DNA of 64,000 bases from Candidatus Dormiibacterota bacterium (GTDB lineage Bacteria; Chloroflexota; Dormibacteria; Dormibacterales; Dormibacteraceae): positions 2,991-66,990 of the forward strand of contig DATEHQ010000182.1 in NCBI GenBank assembly GCA_035279525.1, given 5' to 3'. The stretch's first letter is position 1; each line of letters begins with the position of its first letter. Of the stretch, positions 18,219 to 27,399 are shown piece after piece. A program made the position numbers and the translations under genes. The notes below the pieces were generated by a model, which was not told the DNA's origin, did not search any database, and was given only the letters and a program-made list of their open reading frames with translations.

Positions 18219-19475
18219 ATGGTCGCCTGGAACAGCCTGACCACACGCTGGAAGATCTTCCTCATCCTCGCCGGGGCGGTCGTCATTGTCTCGGTCGCCT
18301 ACGCGCTGAACATCCGCTTCGTCCTCCTCGGGGACAAAGGCGTCACGGCGGTCGACGACTTCGGAGAGGCCATCGCGGCCGCGGTGGCCGCCGCAGCATG
18401 CGGGCTCGCGGCGACCCGGGCTCAGGGAAAGGACAGGCTCGGCTGGGCGTTGATGGGCACCTCCGCCGGCCTGTGGTCGGCCGGCGAGGTCGTGTGGTCG
18501 ATCTACGAGGTGATCCTCGGCGTCCCGACCCCATACCCCTCGCTCGCGGACGCCGGGTTCCTGGCCGCGGTGCCCTTTGCCATCGCGGGCATTCGTGCCT
18601 TCTGGAGCGACGCCGCGCTGGGCACCTCTGCGCGCTGGCGCGTGTGGTTCGACGGGACGATCGTCGCGATGGCCCTGACGTCGACGGCATGGGGCTTCGG
18701 CCTGCGGACCGTTTGGGAGTCGCCGTCGACGACGAAGCTGCTCGACCTCGCGTACCCGGTCGGCGACATCCTCACCGGGACCGTCCTGATCCTGGCGATC
18801 CGGCGCGCGACCGGCCAGCAGAAAGGAAGGATGGCCCTGCTGCTCGTCGGCATCGCCTCGTACTCCGTCGCCGACAGCGCCTTCTCGTACCTGACGGCGC
18901 AGGGAGCGTTCGGATCCGTGGGGAACGTGATCGACACCGGGTGGTTCGCCGGGTACCTTTTGATCGCGCTGGCGGCCCTCTATCCGTCGGCCGCGCCAAA
19001 GGCTGCGACCAGCCAGGCCCGCCTCGACCTATGGCAGCTCGCGCTGCCCTGGATGACGCTGCTCACGGCGTCGGCGGCCGACCTGTTCTCGGCCCTGACC
19101 GGCCACGAGAACCTGTTTCAGACGTCGTTGACCGGAGCCCTGGCCCTGCTCCTGACCGTGAACATGATCCTGGAGCGCAGGGAATTCCTCGACATGCTCA
19201 CCGAGATCGAAGCCTCGCACCACGTGCTGAGCCACGAGTTCAAGTCGGCGCTGGTCAAGATCCGCCACTTCAGCGTGGTCATCCGCGACGTCGAGAGGCT
19301 CGACATCGATGAGGTGCGACAGCTTGCCGCCGACATCCACCGCGATGCGGAGCGGCTCGACGACATGCTCGAGGCGATGGTTTCACCGGAGGAACAGGTC
19401 CGCAGGAATGCCGGGGTGGCGGTTGGCGTGGCGGTGGCGTCAGGCGAGGTCGTGGCGGCGGGTCAAACCAGCTGA
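18219..19475 (+). CDS. Polytopic membrane protein with a C-terminal HisKA-like (DHp) segment but no ATPase domain
   Basis: About 8 predicted TM helices, then an H-box-like SHEFKSALVKIRHF and a short helical tail. The ORF ends 21 nt before tRNA-Arg, with no N/G1/G2 boxes. ATG 18219 is preferred over the TTG at 18201. Confidence 0.6.
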   Translation: MVAWNSLTTRWKIFLILAGAVVIVSVAYALNIRFVLLGDKGVTAVDDFGEAIAAAVAAAACGLAATRAQGKDRLGWALMGTSAGLWSAGEVVWSIYEVILGVPTPYPSLADAGFLAAVPFAIAGIRAFWSDAALGTSARWRVWFDGTIVAMALTSTAWGFGLRTVWESPSTTKLLDLAYPVGDILTGTVLILAIRRATGQQKGRMALLLVGIASYSVADSAFSYLTAQGAFGSVGNVIDTGWFAGYLLIALAALYPSAAPKAATSQARLDLWQLALPWMTLLTASAADLFSALTGHENLFQTSLTGALALLLTVNMILERREFLDMLTEIEASHHVLSHEFKSALVKIRHFSVVIRDVERLDIDEVRQLAADIHRDAERLDDMLEAMVSPEEQVRRNAGVAVGVAVASGEVVAAGQTS

Positions 19476-19496
19476 ACTCTCGCGGCGCGCGGCGGC

Positions 19497-19572
19497 TGGT
19501 ACCCGCTGCAAGACTCGAACTCGCAACCTCCTGATCCGAAGTCAGGCGCTCTATCCATTGAGCTAAGCGGGC
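19497..19572 (-). tRNA. tRNA-Arg (anticodon TCG), CCA encoded
   Basis: Reverse complement: GCCCGCTTAGCTCAATGGATAGAGCGCCTGACTTCGGATCAGGAGGTTGCGAGTTCGAGTCTTGCAGCGGGTACCA. Anticodon loop CTTCGGA. Confidence 0.9.
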
Positions 19573-19645
19573 GCCGCGACAATCGTATGGAACCCAGTCG
19601 CTGTTGGCAGGCCGGGTTCACCCCGGCCGTCCACACCCGCGAATT

Positions 19646-20389
19646 TCAGACTACCGCGACGTACCGCTCGTGATTGAGCCCCCAGGCTGCGTATCGCATC
19701 AGGCCGACCGCCCGGTAACGCTCACGCCGGGCCACGGTGTCGCCCGCCAGGATCGCTTCGCGCAGCGCGTTCGGCGTCCTGCCCGAGAACTCGGTGTACG
19801 CGCGTCCGACGGCGTCGAGAATGTGCGCGTCCGAGCCTCCGACCTCGGCCGAGCCAAGACCCACGTTCAACCGCCGCGCCAGCTGGTTGAAGACATAGAA
19901 CCCGGGCGTAGCGTTCTCGACCTCGATCGCGTCGAAGTCCAGCTCCGCCGCGAGCCAGCCCACGCCGTGCACGACGCGAGCCCGCGCGCGGCGCTCGGTG
20001 CGCCAGAAGGGATGGACCGCGACGGCAAGCCCGCCCTGCTCATGGATCGCTTCCACCGTCGTGGCCGCTGACATTCCTGGACGGATTCGCTTTTCGAGAA
20101 ACAGTCCGACGATGTGCCCGTTGCGGCTGGAGATCTCTTCACCGACGACGACCTGAAGTCGAGATCGACGGGCGGCATGATCCGCCGCACGCAGCGCGCC
20201 CTCGATCGTGTCGTGGTCGGTCACCGCGATCACGTCAAGCCTCGTGGCGCGCGCGTAATCGACGAGCTCGTGAGGCTCTGGCCAGCCGTCGCTGGCCGTC
20301 GTGTGCATGTGAAGGTCGGCCCGACCCCGGGCAGGCATGGGTGTGCATCCTACCCCGGTCGGGTCGATAATCGACCTCTCAGGACTCAT
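19646..20389 (-). CDS. PHP-domain metal-dependent phosphoesterase
   Basis: DLHMHTTASDG, VIAVTDHDT and the later GGSDAH motif are typical of the PHP family. Confidence 0.8.
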   Translation of the reverse strand: MSPERSIIDPTGVGCTPMPARGRADLHMHTTASDGWPEPHELVDYARATRLDVIAVTDHDTIEGALRAADHAARRSRLQVVVGEEISSRNGHIVGLFLEKRIRPGMSAATTVEAIHEQGGLAVAVHPFWRTERRARARVVHGVGWLAAELDFDAIEVENATPGFYVFNQLARRLNVGLGSAEVGGSDAHILDAVGRAYTEFSGRTPNALREAILAGDTVARRERYRAVGLMRYAAWGLNHERYVAVV

Positions 20390-20430
20390 CTGGGGCAGGA
20401 AACGTGGAGGTGGCGGCCGTGGAAGGCTTG

Positions 20431-22068
20431 ATGCAGGACTACGAGCTCACTCTTCAACACGTTCTCTGGAGACTTGAGCGACTGCACGGCAGCAAGGAGA
20501 TCGTCACCAAGCGTGACGGGGGGGTGCATCGGACCACCAACGGGGAGATGGTGCCGCGCATCAACCGCCTCGCCGGCGCGTTGAAGCGAATCGGGGTCAA
20601 ACCCGGCGACCGGGTCGCCACCCTGGCGTGGAACAACAACCGACATCTCGAGCTGTACTACGCGGTGCCCTGCATGGGTGCCGTGCTGCACACACTGAAC
20701 CTGCGCCTGTTTCCCCAGCATCTCGAATTCATCATCAATGACGCTGCAGACAAGGTTTTATTTGTCGATCAGTCCCTGCTGCCGCTCCTGAAGCCCCTGA
20801 TGGGCAAGATCCCGAGCATCGAGCGCTTCGTGCTCATGGGCGAGGGACCCGAGGCCACGTCGGCCAAAGACAACGGCCTGGTCGACATGCTGGACTACGA
20901 GACCCTGCTCCAGGAGGAGAGCGACAGCTACCCCTGGCCGAAGCTGCACGAACGGATGGCCGCGGCCATGTGCTACACGTCGGGCACCACCGGAAATCCC
21001 AAGGGCGTCGTCTACTCCCACCGCTCCCAGTTCATCCACACCATGGGCGTGCTGCAGGGCGACAACCTTGGGCTGAAGGAGCAGGACGTCCTCCTCCCGG
21101 TCGTGCCCATGTTCCACGCCAACAGCTGGGGTCTCCCCTACGCCGCCGGGATGGCCGGAGCCAAGGTCGTTTTCGGCGGACGCTTCTCGGCCGACCCCAG
21201 GTCGATCGTCGAGCTGGCCGAGGAGGAGGAGGTGACCTTCCTCGCCGGTGTGCCCACCGTGTGGATCGCCCTCGGGGCCTACCTCCGGGAGACCGGCAAG
21301 CGCCTACCCAGGGTGGAGACGGTGGTCTGCGGCGGGTCGGCCGTGCCGCGCGCGCTGATGGAGTCGATGGACGCCCTCGGCCTGCACATCCTCCACGCCT
21401 GGGGCATGACCGAGACCTCTCCCCTGGGCAGCGTGGCCCGCGTCGCGAGCGGCACGAAGCCGGAGGACGAGCTGGCGGCCCGGCTCACCCAGGGCCGAGT
21501 CGCGCCCGGGGTCGAGATCCGCATCACCGATCCCGCCACCGGCGAGGAGCTGCCGTGGGACGGGGTCGCCTTCGGCGAGATCCAGGTCCGCGGGCCCTGG
21601 ATCGCTCGCGGCTACCACAACGGCTACGACGCGGACAAGCTGACCGAGGACGGTTGGTTCCGCACCGGCGACGTGGCCAGGATCACACCCCAGGGCTACG
21701 TCGTGATCGTCGACCGCACCAAGGACGTGATCAAGTCCGGCGGCGAGTGGATCTCGTCGGTCGAGCTCGAGAACGCGATCATGGCCCACCCGAAGATCAT
21801 CGAAGCCGCCGTGATCGGGATGCCGCACCCCAAGTGGGACGAGCGGCCGATCGCGTACGCGGTGCCCAAGCCTGAGTTCAAGGGCAAGGTGAGCCAGGAA
21901 GAGGTGATCGAGTTCCTGAAGGACAAGGTGGCGAAGTGGTGGCTGCCGGACGAGGTCCGCTTCATCGACGAGGTGCCCAAGACCTCGGTCGGCAAGTTCG
22001 ACAAGAAGGTCCTGCGCGCCGGCGCCACACCGATAAAAGAAGGCGCGCGCGAGGCGGTCCGGCAGTGA
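20431..22068 (+). CDS. Long-chain/medium-chain acyl-CoA synthetase (AMP-forming)
   Basis: AMP-binding motif YTSGTTGNPKGV, then GWFRTGD and DRTKDVIKSGGEWIS. Confidence 0.85.
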   Translation: MQDYELTLQHVLWRLERLHGSKEIVTKRDGGVHRTTNGEMVPRINRLAGALKRIGVKPGDRVATLAWNNNRHLELYYAVPCMGAVLHTLNLRLFPQHLEFIINDAADKVLFVDQSLLPLLKPLMGKIPSIERFVLMGEGPEATSAKDNGLVDMLDYETLLQEESDSYPWPKLHERMAAAMCYTSGTTGNPKGVVYSHRSQFIHTMGVLQGDNLGLKEQDVLLPVVPMFHANSWGLPYAAGMAGAKVVFGGRFSADPRSIVELAEEEEVTFLAGVPTVWIALGAYLRETGKRLPRVETVVCGGSAVPRALMESMDALGLHILHAWGMTETSPLGSVARVASGTKPEDELAARLTQGRVAPGVEIRITDPATGEELPWDGVAFGEIQVRGPWIARGYHNGYDADKLTEDGWFRTGDVARITPQGYVVIVDRTKDVIKSGGEWISSVELENAIMAHPKIIEAAVIGMPHPKWDERPIAYAVPKPEFKGKVSQEEVIEFLKDKVAKWWLPDEVRFIDEVPKTSVGKFDKKVLRAGATPIKEGAREAVRQ

Positions 22069-23024
22069 CGACGGCCCCGTCAGGCGTTAAAGAGCACGTG
22101 ATCGGCAAGGACACCTTCCATTTCAAGTGGGACCACTCGCTGCCGCCGGCGGTCGAGATCCAGGCGGGCGAGGTGGTTCGCTTCGAGACCGAGGAGGTCA
22201 CGGCGGGCCAGCTGAAAAAGGGCGACCCGGCGGCCAGGCTGGGGGAGCTCGACTTCGACCGGCTTTACCCGCTGGGCGGCCCGGTCTACGTGCACGGCGC
22301 CATGCCTGGTGACGTGCTCGAGGTCGAGATCCTGGAGCTCAAGACGGGCGCGTGGGGCTGGGCCGCCATCCTGCCCGGGCTCGGATTGCTGCAGAGCGAC
22401 TTCACCGATCCCTACGTCCGCTATTTCGACCTCGAGGACAGGACGTCGGCCGAGCTGCGCCACGACATCCACATCCCGATTGCGCCTTTCTGCGGCACCA
22501 TGGGAGTGGCGACCGACGAGCCGGGCGCCCACGACGTGCTGCCCCCGACCAAGGGCGCCGGCAACATCGACACCCGCCACCTGACCGCCGGGGCCAGGCT
22601 GTACCTCCCGGTTTTCGTGCCCGGCGCCCTGTTCTCGGCCGGCGATTGCCACGCCGCGCAGGGAGACGGCGAAGTCTGCGTTACCGGCATCGAATGCCCG
22701 ATGACGTTCTCACTCCGATTTGGAGTGGTCAAGGGCGGCTCGCTGCGGCCCTGGAGCTACCACTTTGTGACTCCCGCCGCGCCCCTGCAGCCGCGCAGCG
22801 ACGCAGCCGGCTACCACGCGGTGACCGCGCTCGGCCCGGACCTGATGGAGAACGCGCGCAACGCCGTCAGGGACACCATCGGCTGGCTCGTCGCGGACCA
22901 CGGCCTCAGTCGCGAGGACGCCTACGTCCTGTGCAGCCTTGCGGGCGACCTGCGGATCAGCCAGATCGTCGACCAGCCCAACTTCGGGGTCTCGTTCTAC
23001 CTGCCGCTGACGGTCTTCACCTAG
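22065..23024 (+). CDS. Acetamidase/formamidase family protein
   Basis: Family-typical GPVYVHGAMPGDVLEVEI, GNIDTRHL, and FSAGDCHAAQGDGEVCVTGIE. The GTG start overlaps the upstream stop (GTGA). Confidence 0.85.
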   Translation: MTTAPSGVKEHVIGKDTFHFKWDHSLPPAVEIQAGEVVRFETEEVTAGQLKKGDPAARLGELDFDRLYPLGGPVYVHGAMPGDVLEVEILELKTGAWGWAAILPGLGLLQSDFTDPYVRYFDLEDRTSAELRHDIHIPIAPFCGTMGVATDEPGAHDVLPPTKGAGNIDTRHLTAGARLYLPVFVPGALFSAGDCHAAQGDGEVCVTGIECPMTFSLRFGVVKGGSLRPWSYHFVTPAAPLQPRSDAAGYHAVTALGPDLMENARNAVRDTIGWLVADHGLSREDAYVLCSLAGDLRISQIVDQPNFGVSFYLPLTVFT

Positions 23025-23099
23025 CGGAAACACCTCCCCGGCCGACCTGGGATGCCGGGCCGGTGGCGGGGGCCGCGCGCCGGCCCTTACGTGGAGGGT

Positions 23100-25928
23100 A
23101 TGCCGGGCACTGTCCCGCATACTGACACCCCCATAGAGCATAAGGTGAGCACGACACAGCTAGGGCGATACCCGATCGAAGCAGAGCTTGGGCGCGGAGC
23201 CATGGGTGTTGTGTACCGGTCGACGCATCCGCGGCTCGAGATCCCGGTCGCGATCAAGGTCCTGGCCGAGCAGTACTCCAGCGACCCGAGCTTCCGCCAG
23301 CGATTCCATCGTGAGGCGGCCACCGTGGCTTCCCTGAACCACCCAGGGATCGTCCGCGTCTACGACTTCGACGAGGACGGGCCCGTGCTCTTCATCGTCA
23401 TGGAATGGGTCGAAGGCCGTTCGATGCGCTCGTGGCTGGACGAGTACGGCCGCTTCTCGGTCGACGTCTCGGTCGACCTGATCCAGCAGCTGCTGTCCGC
23501 CGTCGGCGTCGCGCACGACTACCAGATCGTGCACCGCGACCTGAAGCCGGACAACATCCTGATCTCGAACCGCGGCAAGACGAAGATCCTCGACTTCGGC
23601 ATCTCCAAGCTGATCGACGACAAGCACCGCCTGACCGCGACCGGAAGCATGGTCGGCACGCCGGCCTACATGGCGCCGGAGCAGGTCAAGGGCGAGCCCG
23701 TCGACGCGACCGCCGACATCTACTCGCTGGGCATGATCCTGTACGAGCTGCTGCACGGCGAGCCGCCCTTCACCGGCGCGCTGCCGACGGTTCTCCACTC
23801 GCAGGTCTTCGACCGACCGCGGGCCTCGACCGCGATCCCCTCGCCGATCATGGAGATCATCTGGAAGGCGACGGCCAAGGATCCCACCCAGCGCTTCCAG
23901 AACTGTGAGGAGTTCTCCGGCGCCTTCCACTACATGCCCAAGCCGGGTGTGCAGCAGCCGCCGGTGGAGGCGATCTCGAACGAGATGGCGGCCGAGGAGG
24001 ACGTGGAGGAGCCGCGGGCTCTCCCCGCCCGCAGCGACGGCCACAAGCCCTCGGGTGTCTGCACGTACAGCGACTGCCAGGATCGCCGCGGCTGGGCCTG
24101 CGCCTACAAGGACCTGACCGGCCGCGAGTGCAAGAGCTGGTGGTGCCGCCGCCACATCCAGTTCATCGAGCGGACGCCGTTCTGTCCGCGGCACGCGAGC
24201 GTGATCCGGGCGCTGGCGCCGACGGCCAACACGATCTTCGAGATCAAGAACCGGCCCGCCGTCGACGATCGCGCGCTGCCCCTTGCCGCCCTGGTCGCCG
24301 AGGATATCGACAAGGACGTCACCGAGCTGGTCCGGCGCCGATACCAGAACCGCAAGGACGTGACGCTGGCGCGGGACCGCACCGTGCGGCAGACGTGGTC
24401 GGGCCGCAACGAGGTGGCCTGGGAGCGGAGCTGGGCGGCGCTGAAGAGCCAGGGCTACCTGATCCGGCTCGCGGTGAGGGTCGCGACAGACGAACCCGAC
24501 ATGGTTCAGCTGCTGATCGGCAACACCGTCGTCTTCAAAGAGGTGCCGGACTGGATCAGCCGGCGGCGTGAGGGCGAGCCGCCCGACCATGCGGACCGCG
24601 CGCGGTTCGGCAAGAAGCTGTTCGCGGCCATCCTCGAACACGTCGACGAGCCGCAGCCGGTGCCTTCCAACGTGCCGACCGCCCACCAGATCGAGCCGCC
24701 GCCCCCGCCGGAGATCAACCGCTCGCTGATCGAGGGCCTGATCCTTCGTGTGGCGGCCACCGCGACCCGGGTCACAGGCTACGAGTTCGCCGATCACCTG
24801 GCCCTGCCGTTCTCGGCGGTCGAACCGATCCTGAAGGCGCTGACCTCCACCAACTTCCTGGACGCGCTCGGCCTCGCGCAGGAGCAGGGCCCGTGGCTCG
24901 GCAGGCCGCTGCCGGAGCGCATGGCGTACGCCATCACGAACCAGGGCCGCACGCGCAGCAACCAGATCTCGGACGCGGGCACCCGCTACTCCGGGCCGGC
25001 GCCGGTGTCGATGCAGGAGTACAAGGCGGTGCTGGCCGAGGCGGCGAAACCGGGGACGCTCGACCTGGTCAAGGTGAACCTCGCACTCAGCGGGATCGAG
25101 CTCGCGCCGGGCGTGACGGAGGCGGTGCGCGCGGCGGTCAACTCTCGGTCCTCCATCTTCATCTACGGCGCGCCGGGCAACGGAAAGACCACGCTGGCGC
25201 GGCGCATCCCGTCACTGCTCGGCGGCCCGATCGTCCTCCCGGTCGCCCTGGACATCGGCGGCGGCGAGGTGATGACAGTCTTCGACGGGGGGATCCACCG
25301 GCTCGAGCCGAACCAGCCCGCCGACAAGCGCTGGCGGCGCGTCTCCAGGCCGCTGGTGCAGGTGGGCGGCGAGTTCCAGCTCGAGATGTTCGACCCCACG
25401 TGGGAGGAAGGGTCGCGCACCTATGGCGCCCCACTCCAGGTCAAGGCCAACGGAGGCGTGCTCCTGATCGACGACCTCGGCAGGCAGCGGGTCTCGCCCA
25501 AGCAGATCCTCGACCGGCTGCTCGTTCCGCTCGAGCAGGACACTGACTTCCTCAACCTGACCGCCAGCGGACGCAAGGTCGAGATCCCGTTCCGCGCGCA
25601 GCTTGCCCTCTCGACGAACCTGAAGCCGGCCGAGCTGCTCGACGAGGCCTACCTCCGCCGCCTCGCGTACAAGGTGCTGATGCCGGACCCGACCTGGGAG
25701 ATGTGGTGCCGCATCTTCGAGCGCGAGCGGGCGCGGCTCAACATTCCGCCCGACCCGGGTGCGCTGGAGATGATCTCGAGCCTTTACTCAGGCCGGCCAC
25801 TGCGGGGCAACCACCCGCGGGACCTGCTGGAGAGGCTCGTCGACGTGTCATCGGCGCGCGGGGTGCGGCCGCAGCTCTCGCCCGAGCTGGTCGAGGCGGC
25901 CTGGCACACGCTGTTCATCGCGAGCTGA
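23100..25928 (+). CDS. Multidomain Ser/Thr protein kinase fused to a Cys/His cluster, an uncharacterised middle region and a C-terminal AAA+ ATPase
   Basis: Intact Hanks motifs: GRGAMGVVY, VAIKVL, HRDLKPDN, DFG and GTPAYMAPE. The cluster is CTYSDC..C..C..WWCRRH..CPRH (about nt 24060-24194). Walker A is YGAPGNGKTT (about nt 25167), Walker B is VLLIDDLG, sensor-like is ALSTN, and an RR pair follows. The start is ambiguous (ATG 23052 or 23100, or GTG 23145). Confidence 0.8.
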   Translation: MPGTVPHTDTPIEHKVSTTQLGRYPIEAELGRGAMGVVYRSTHPRLEIPVAIKVLAEQYSSDPSFRQRFHREAATVASLNHPGIVRVYDFDEDGPVLFIVMEWVEGRSMRSWLDEYGRFSVDVSVDLIQQLLSAVGVAHDYQIVHRDLKPDNILISNRGKTKILDFGISKLIDDKHRLTATGSMVGTPAYMAPEQVKGEPVDATADIYSLGMILYELLHGEPPFTGALPTVLHSQVFDRPRASTAIPSPIMEIIWKATAKDPTQRFQNCEEFSGAFHYMPKPGVQQPPVEAISNEMAAEEDVEEPRALPARSDGHKPSGVCTYSDCQDRRGWACAYKDLTGRECKSWWCRRHIQFIERTPFCPRHASVIRALAPTANTIFEIKNRPAVDDRALPLAALVAEDIDKDVTELVRRRYQNRKDVTLARDRTVRQTWSGRNEVAWERSWAALKSQGYLIRLAVRVATDEPDMVQLLIGNTVVFKEVPDWISRRREGEPPDHADRARFGKKLFAAILEHVDEPQPVPSNVPTAHQIEPPPPPEINRSLIEGLILRVAATATRVTGYEFADHLALPFSAVEPILKALTSTNFLDALGLAQEQGPWLGRPLPERMAYAITNQGRTRSNQISDAGTRYSGPAPVSMQEYKAVLAEAAKPGTLDLVKVNLALSGIELAPGVTEAVRAAVNSRSSIFIYGAPGNGKTTLARRIPSLLGGPIVLPVALDIGGGEVMTVFDGGIHRLEPNQPADKRWRRVSRPLVQVGGEFQLEMFDPTWEEGSRTYGAPLQVKANGGVLLIDDLGRQRVSPKQILDRLLVPLEQDTDFLNLTASGRKVEIPFRAQLALSTNLKPAELLDEAYLRRLAYKVLMPDPTWEMWCRIFERERARLNIPPDPGALEMISSLYSGRPLRGNHPRDLLERLVDVSSARGVRPQLSPELVEAAWHTLFIAS

Positions 25929-25945
25929 GCGGCTGCACCCTGCCG

Positions 25946-26013
25946 CCCTCGGATAGGCCGGACCATCCGTGATCGATAGCCCCCACGCCTCGGACAGGCC
26001 GGACTATCCGTGA
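25946..26013. repeat. Two copies of a 27-bp dyad-symmetric repeat, 41-bp period, upstream of tRNA-Leu(CAG)
   Basis: cctcGGATAGGCCGGACCATCCgtgat (25946-25972) and cctcGGACAGGCCGGACTATCCgtgat (25987-26013). The core is an imperfect palindrome centred on CCGG. The same core occurs twice at 61663-61733. Confidence 0.8.
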
Positions 26014-26062
26014 TGGGACGGGCTGCCCATTTTGGCCTGGGTATACTCACGTCTCGCCCCAA

Positions 26063-26148
26063 GCGGCGGTGGCGGAATGGCAGACGCGCTAGTTTCAGGA
26101 GCTAGTGTCCGCAAGGACGTGGAGGTTCAACTCCTCTCCGCCGCACCA
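26063..26148 (+). tRNA. tRNA-Leu (anticodon CAG), CCA encoded
   Basis: GCGGCGGTGGCGGAATGGCAGACGCGCTAGTTTCAGGAGCTAGTGTCCGCAAGGACGTGGAGGTTCAACTCCTCTCCGCCGCACCA. Anticodon loop TTCAGGA, long variable arm. Confidence 0.9.
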
Positions 26149-26165
26149 TTAAGGTGAGAGCCGGC

Positions 26166-27365
26166 ATGAACGATTCCGAGCGACTCACCCGTCTCGCCGA
26201 GCTGACCGTCTCCGTGGGCCTGAACATGCAGCGCGGCCAGGTTGTCGTGATCCTCGGCATGCTCGAACACGCCGCGCTGGTGCGTGAGATCGCCCGGGCC
26301 GCCTACCGCGCGGGAGCGCGCCGGGTCGATCCGATGTACATCGACAGGCACCTCACCAAGGCGCACATCGAGCTGGGACCAGAGGAGACCCTCGACGATT
26401 CACCACCGACCTGGATGGCGATGGTGAAGATGCTCGAGGACGAACGAGGCGCTTTCGTCCAGGTGGTCGGCGAACCGGATCCCACGCTCCTGGCCGGTCT
26501 CGATGGCAAGAAGGTCGGGCGGGCGCGCCCGCGCGAGTGGATCGGAACGTGGTCGCGACTTGTCGGCGACCGGCTCGTCAACTGGACGATAGTGTCCTGC
26601 GCAACGCCCGGCTGGGCGCAGCAGGTGTTCGGTCGACCCGACGTCGACGCGCTGTGGTTGGCGATCGAGAAGGCGATGAGGCTCGACCGCCCGGATCCGG
26701 TCGCGGCTTGGCGTGACCATGTCGTCCGGCTCAACACGATCGCGACGGCACTCAACGAGCACCACTTCGATGAGCTGCGCTACCGCGGACCAGGCACTGA
26801 CTTCAGGGTCGGTTTGCTCCCATCCTCTCGCTGGGAGGCCGCCAGCACCGAGACCACCTTTGGCGTGACCCACGTCGCGAACATGCCGACCGAGGAGGTC
26901 TACACGTCGCCCGATTACCGGCGCGCTGAAGGCAAGCTGCGCTCGACCATGCCGCTGCAGCTGTACGGCACGATGATTCGCGATCTCGAGCTGGAGTTTC
27001 GCGATGGGCAGATCGTCCAGGTGAACGCGAGCGAGGGCGCCGATGTGATCCGCGCCGAGATCGCCACCGACCCCGGCGCCACCCGGCTGGGCGAGATCTC
27101 GCTGGTAGATGGATCATCGGAGGTCGGCAAGCTCGGTCTGACGTTCTGCAACACGCTCTTCGACGAGAACGCCACCTGCCACGTGGCCTACGGCGCCGGT
27201 TTCGCGTACGCGGTCGCAGACGAGAAGGATCGCGCGGCCGGGTTGAATGAGTCGAAGGTTCACACCGACTTCATGGTCGGCGGCCCCGAGGTCGAGATCG
27301 AGGGCAGGGCGTCGAAGGGGGCATGGGTGCCCGTGATCAAGGACAACGAGTTTCAGCTCGGCTGA
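26166..27365 (+). CDS. M29-family (AmpS/PepS-like) aminopeptidase
   Basis: Typical N-terminus (LTRLAELTVSVGLNMQRGQ) and C-terminal metal-site region (EISLVD..., CHVAYGAGF, VHTDFMVGG). ATG 26166 follows AAGGTGAG. Confidence 0.85.
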   Translation: MNDSERLTRLAELTVSVGLNMQRGQVVVILGMLEHAALVREIARAAYRAGARRVDPMYIDRHLTKAHIELGPEETLDDSPPTWMAMVKMLEDERGAFVQVVGEPDPTLLAGLDGKKVGRARPREWIGTWSRLVGDRLVNWTIVSCATPGWAQQVFGRPDVDALWLAIEKAMRLDRPDPVAAWRDHVVRLNTIATALNEHHFDELRYRGPGTDFRVGLLPSSRWEAASTETTFGVTHVANMPTEEVYTSPDYRRAEGKLRSTMPLQLYGTMIRDLELEFRDGQIVQVNASEGADVIRAEIATDPGATRLGEISLVDGSSEVGKLGLTFCNTLFDENATCHVAYGAGFAYAVADEKDRAAGLNESKVHTDFMVGGPEVEIEGRASKGAWVPVIKDNEFQLG

Positions 27366-27399
27366 CCATCGCGGCCCACACCGAGCCGGCGGCGGCGCG

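Noticed and set aside
23160-24797. 545-aa minus-strand ORF
   Set aside because: It is antisense to the kinase-AAA+ gene, with an Arg/Gly/Val-rich translation typical of a GC-rich antisense frame.
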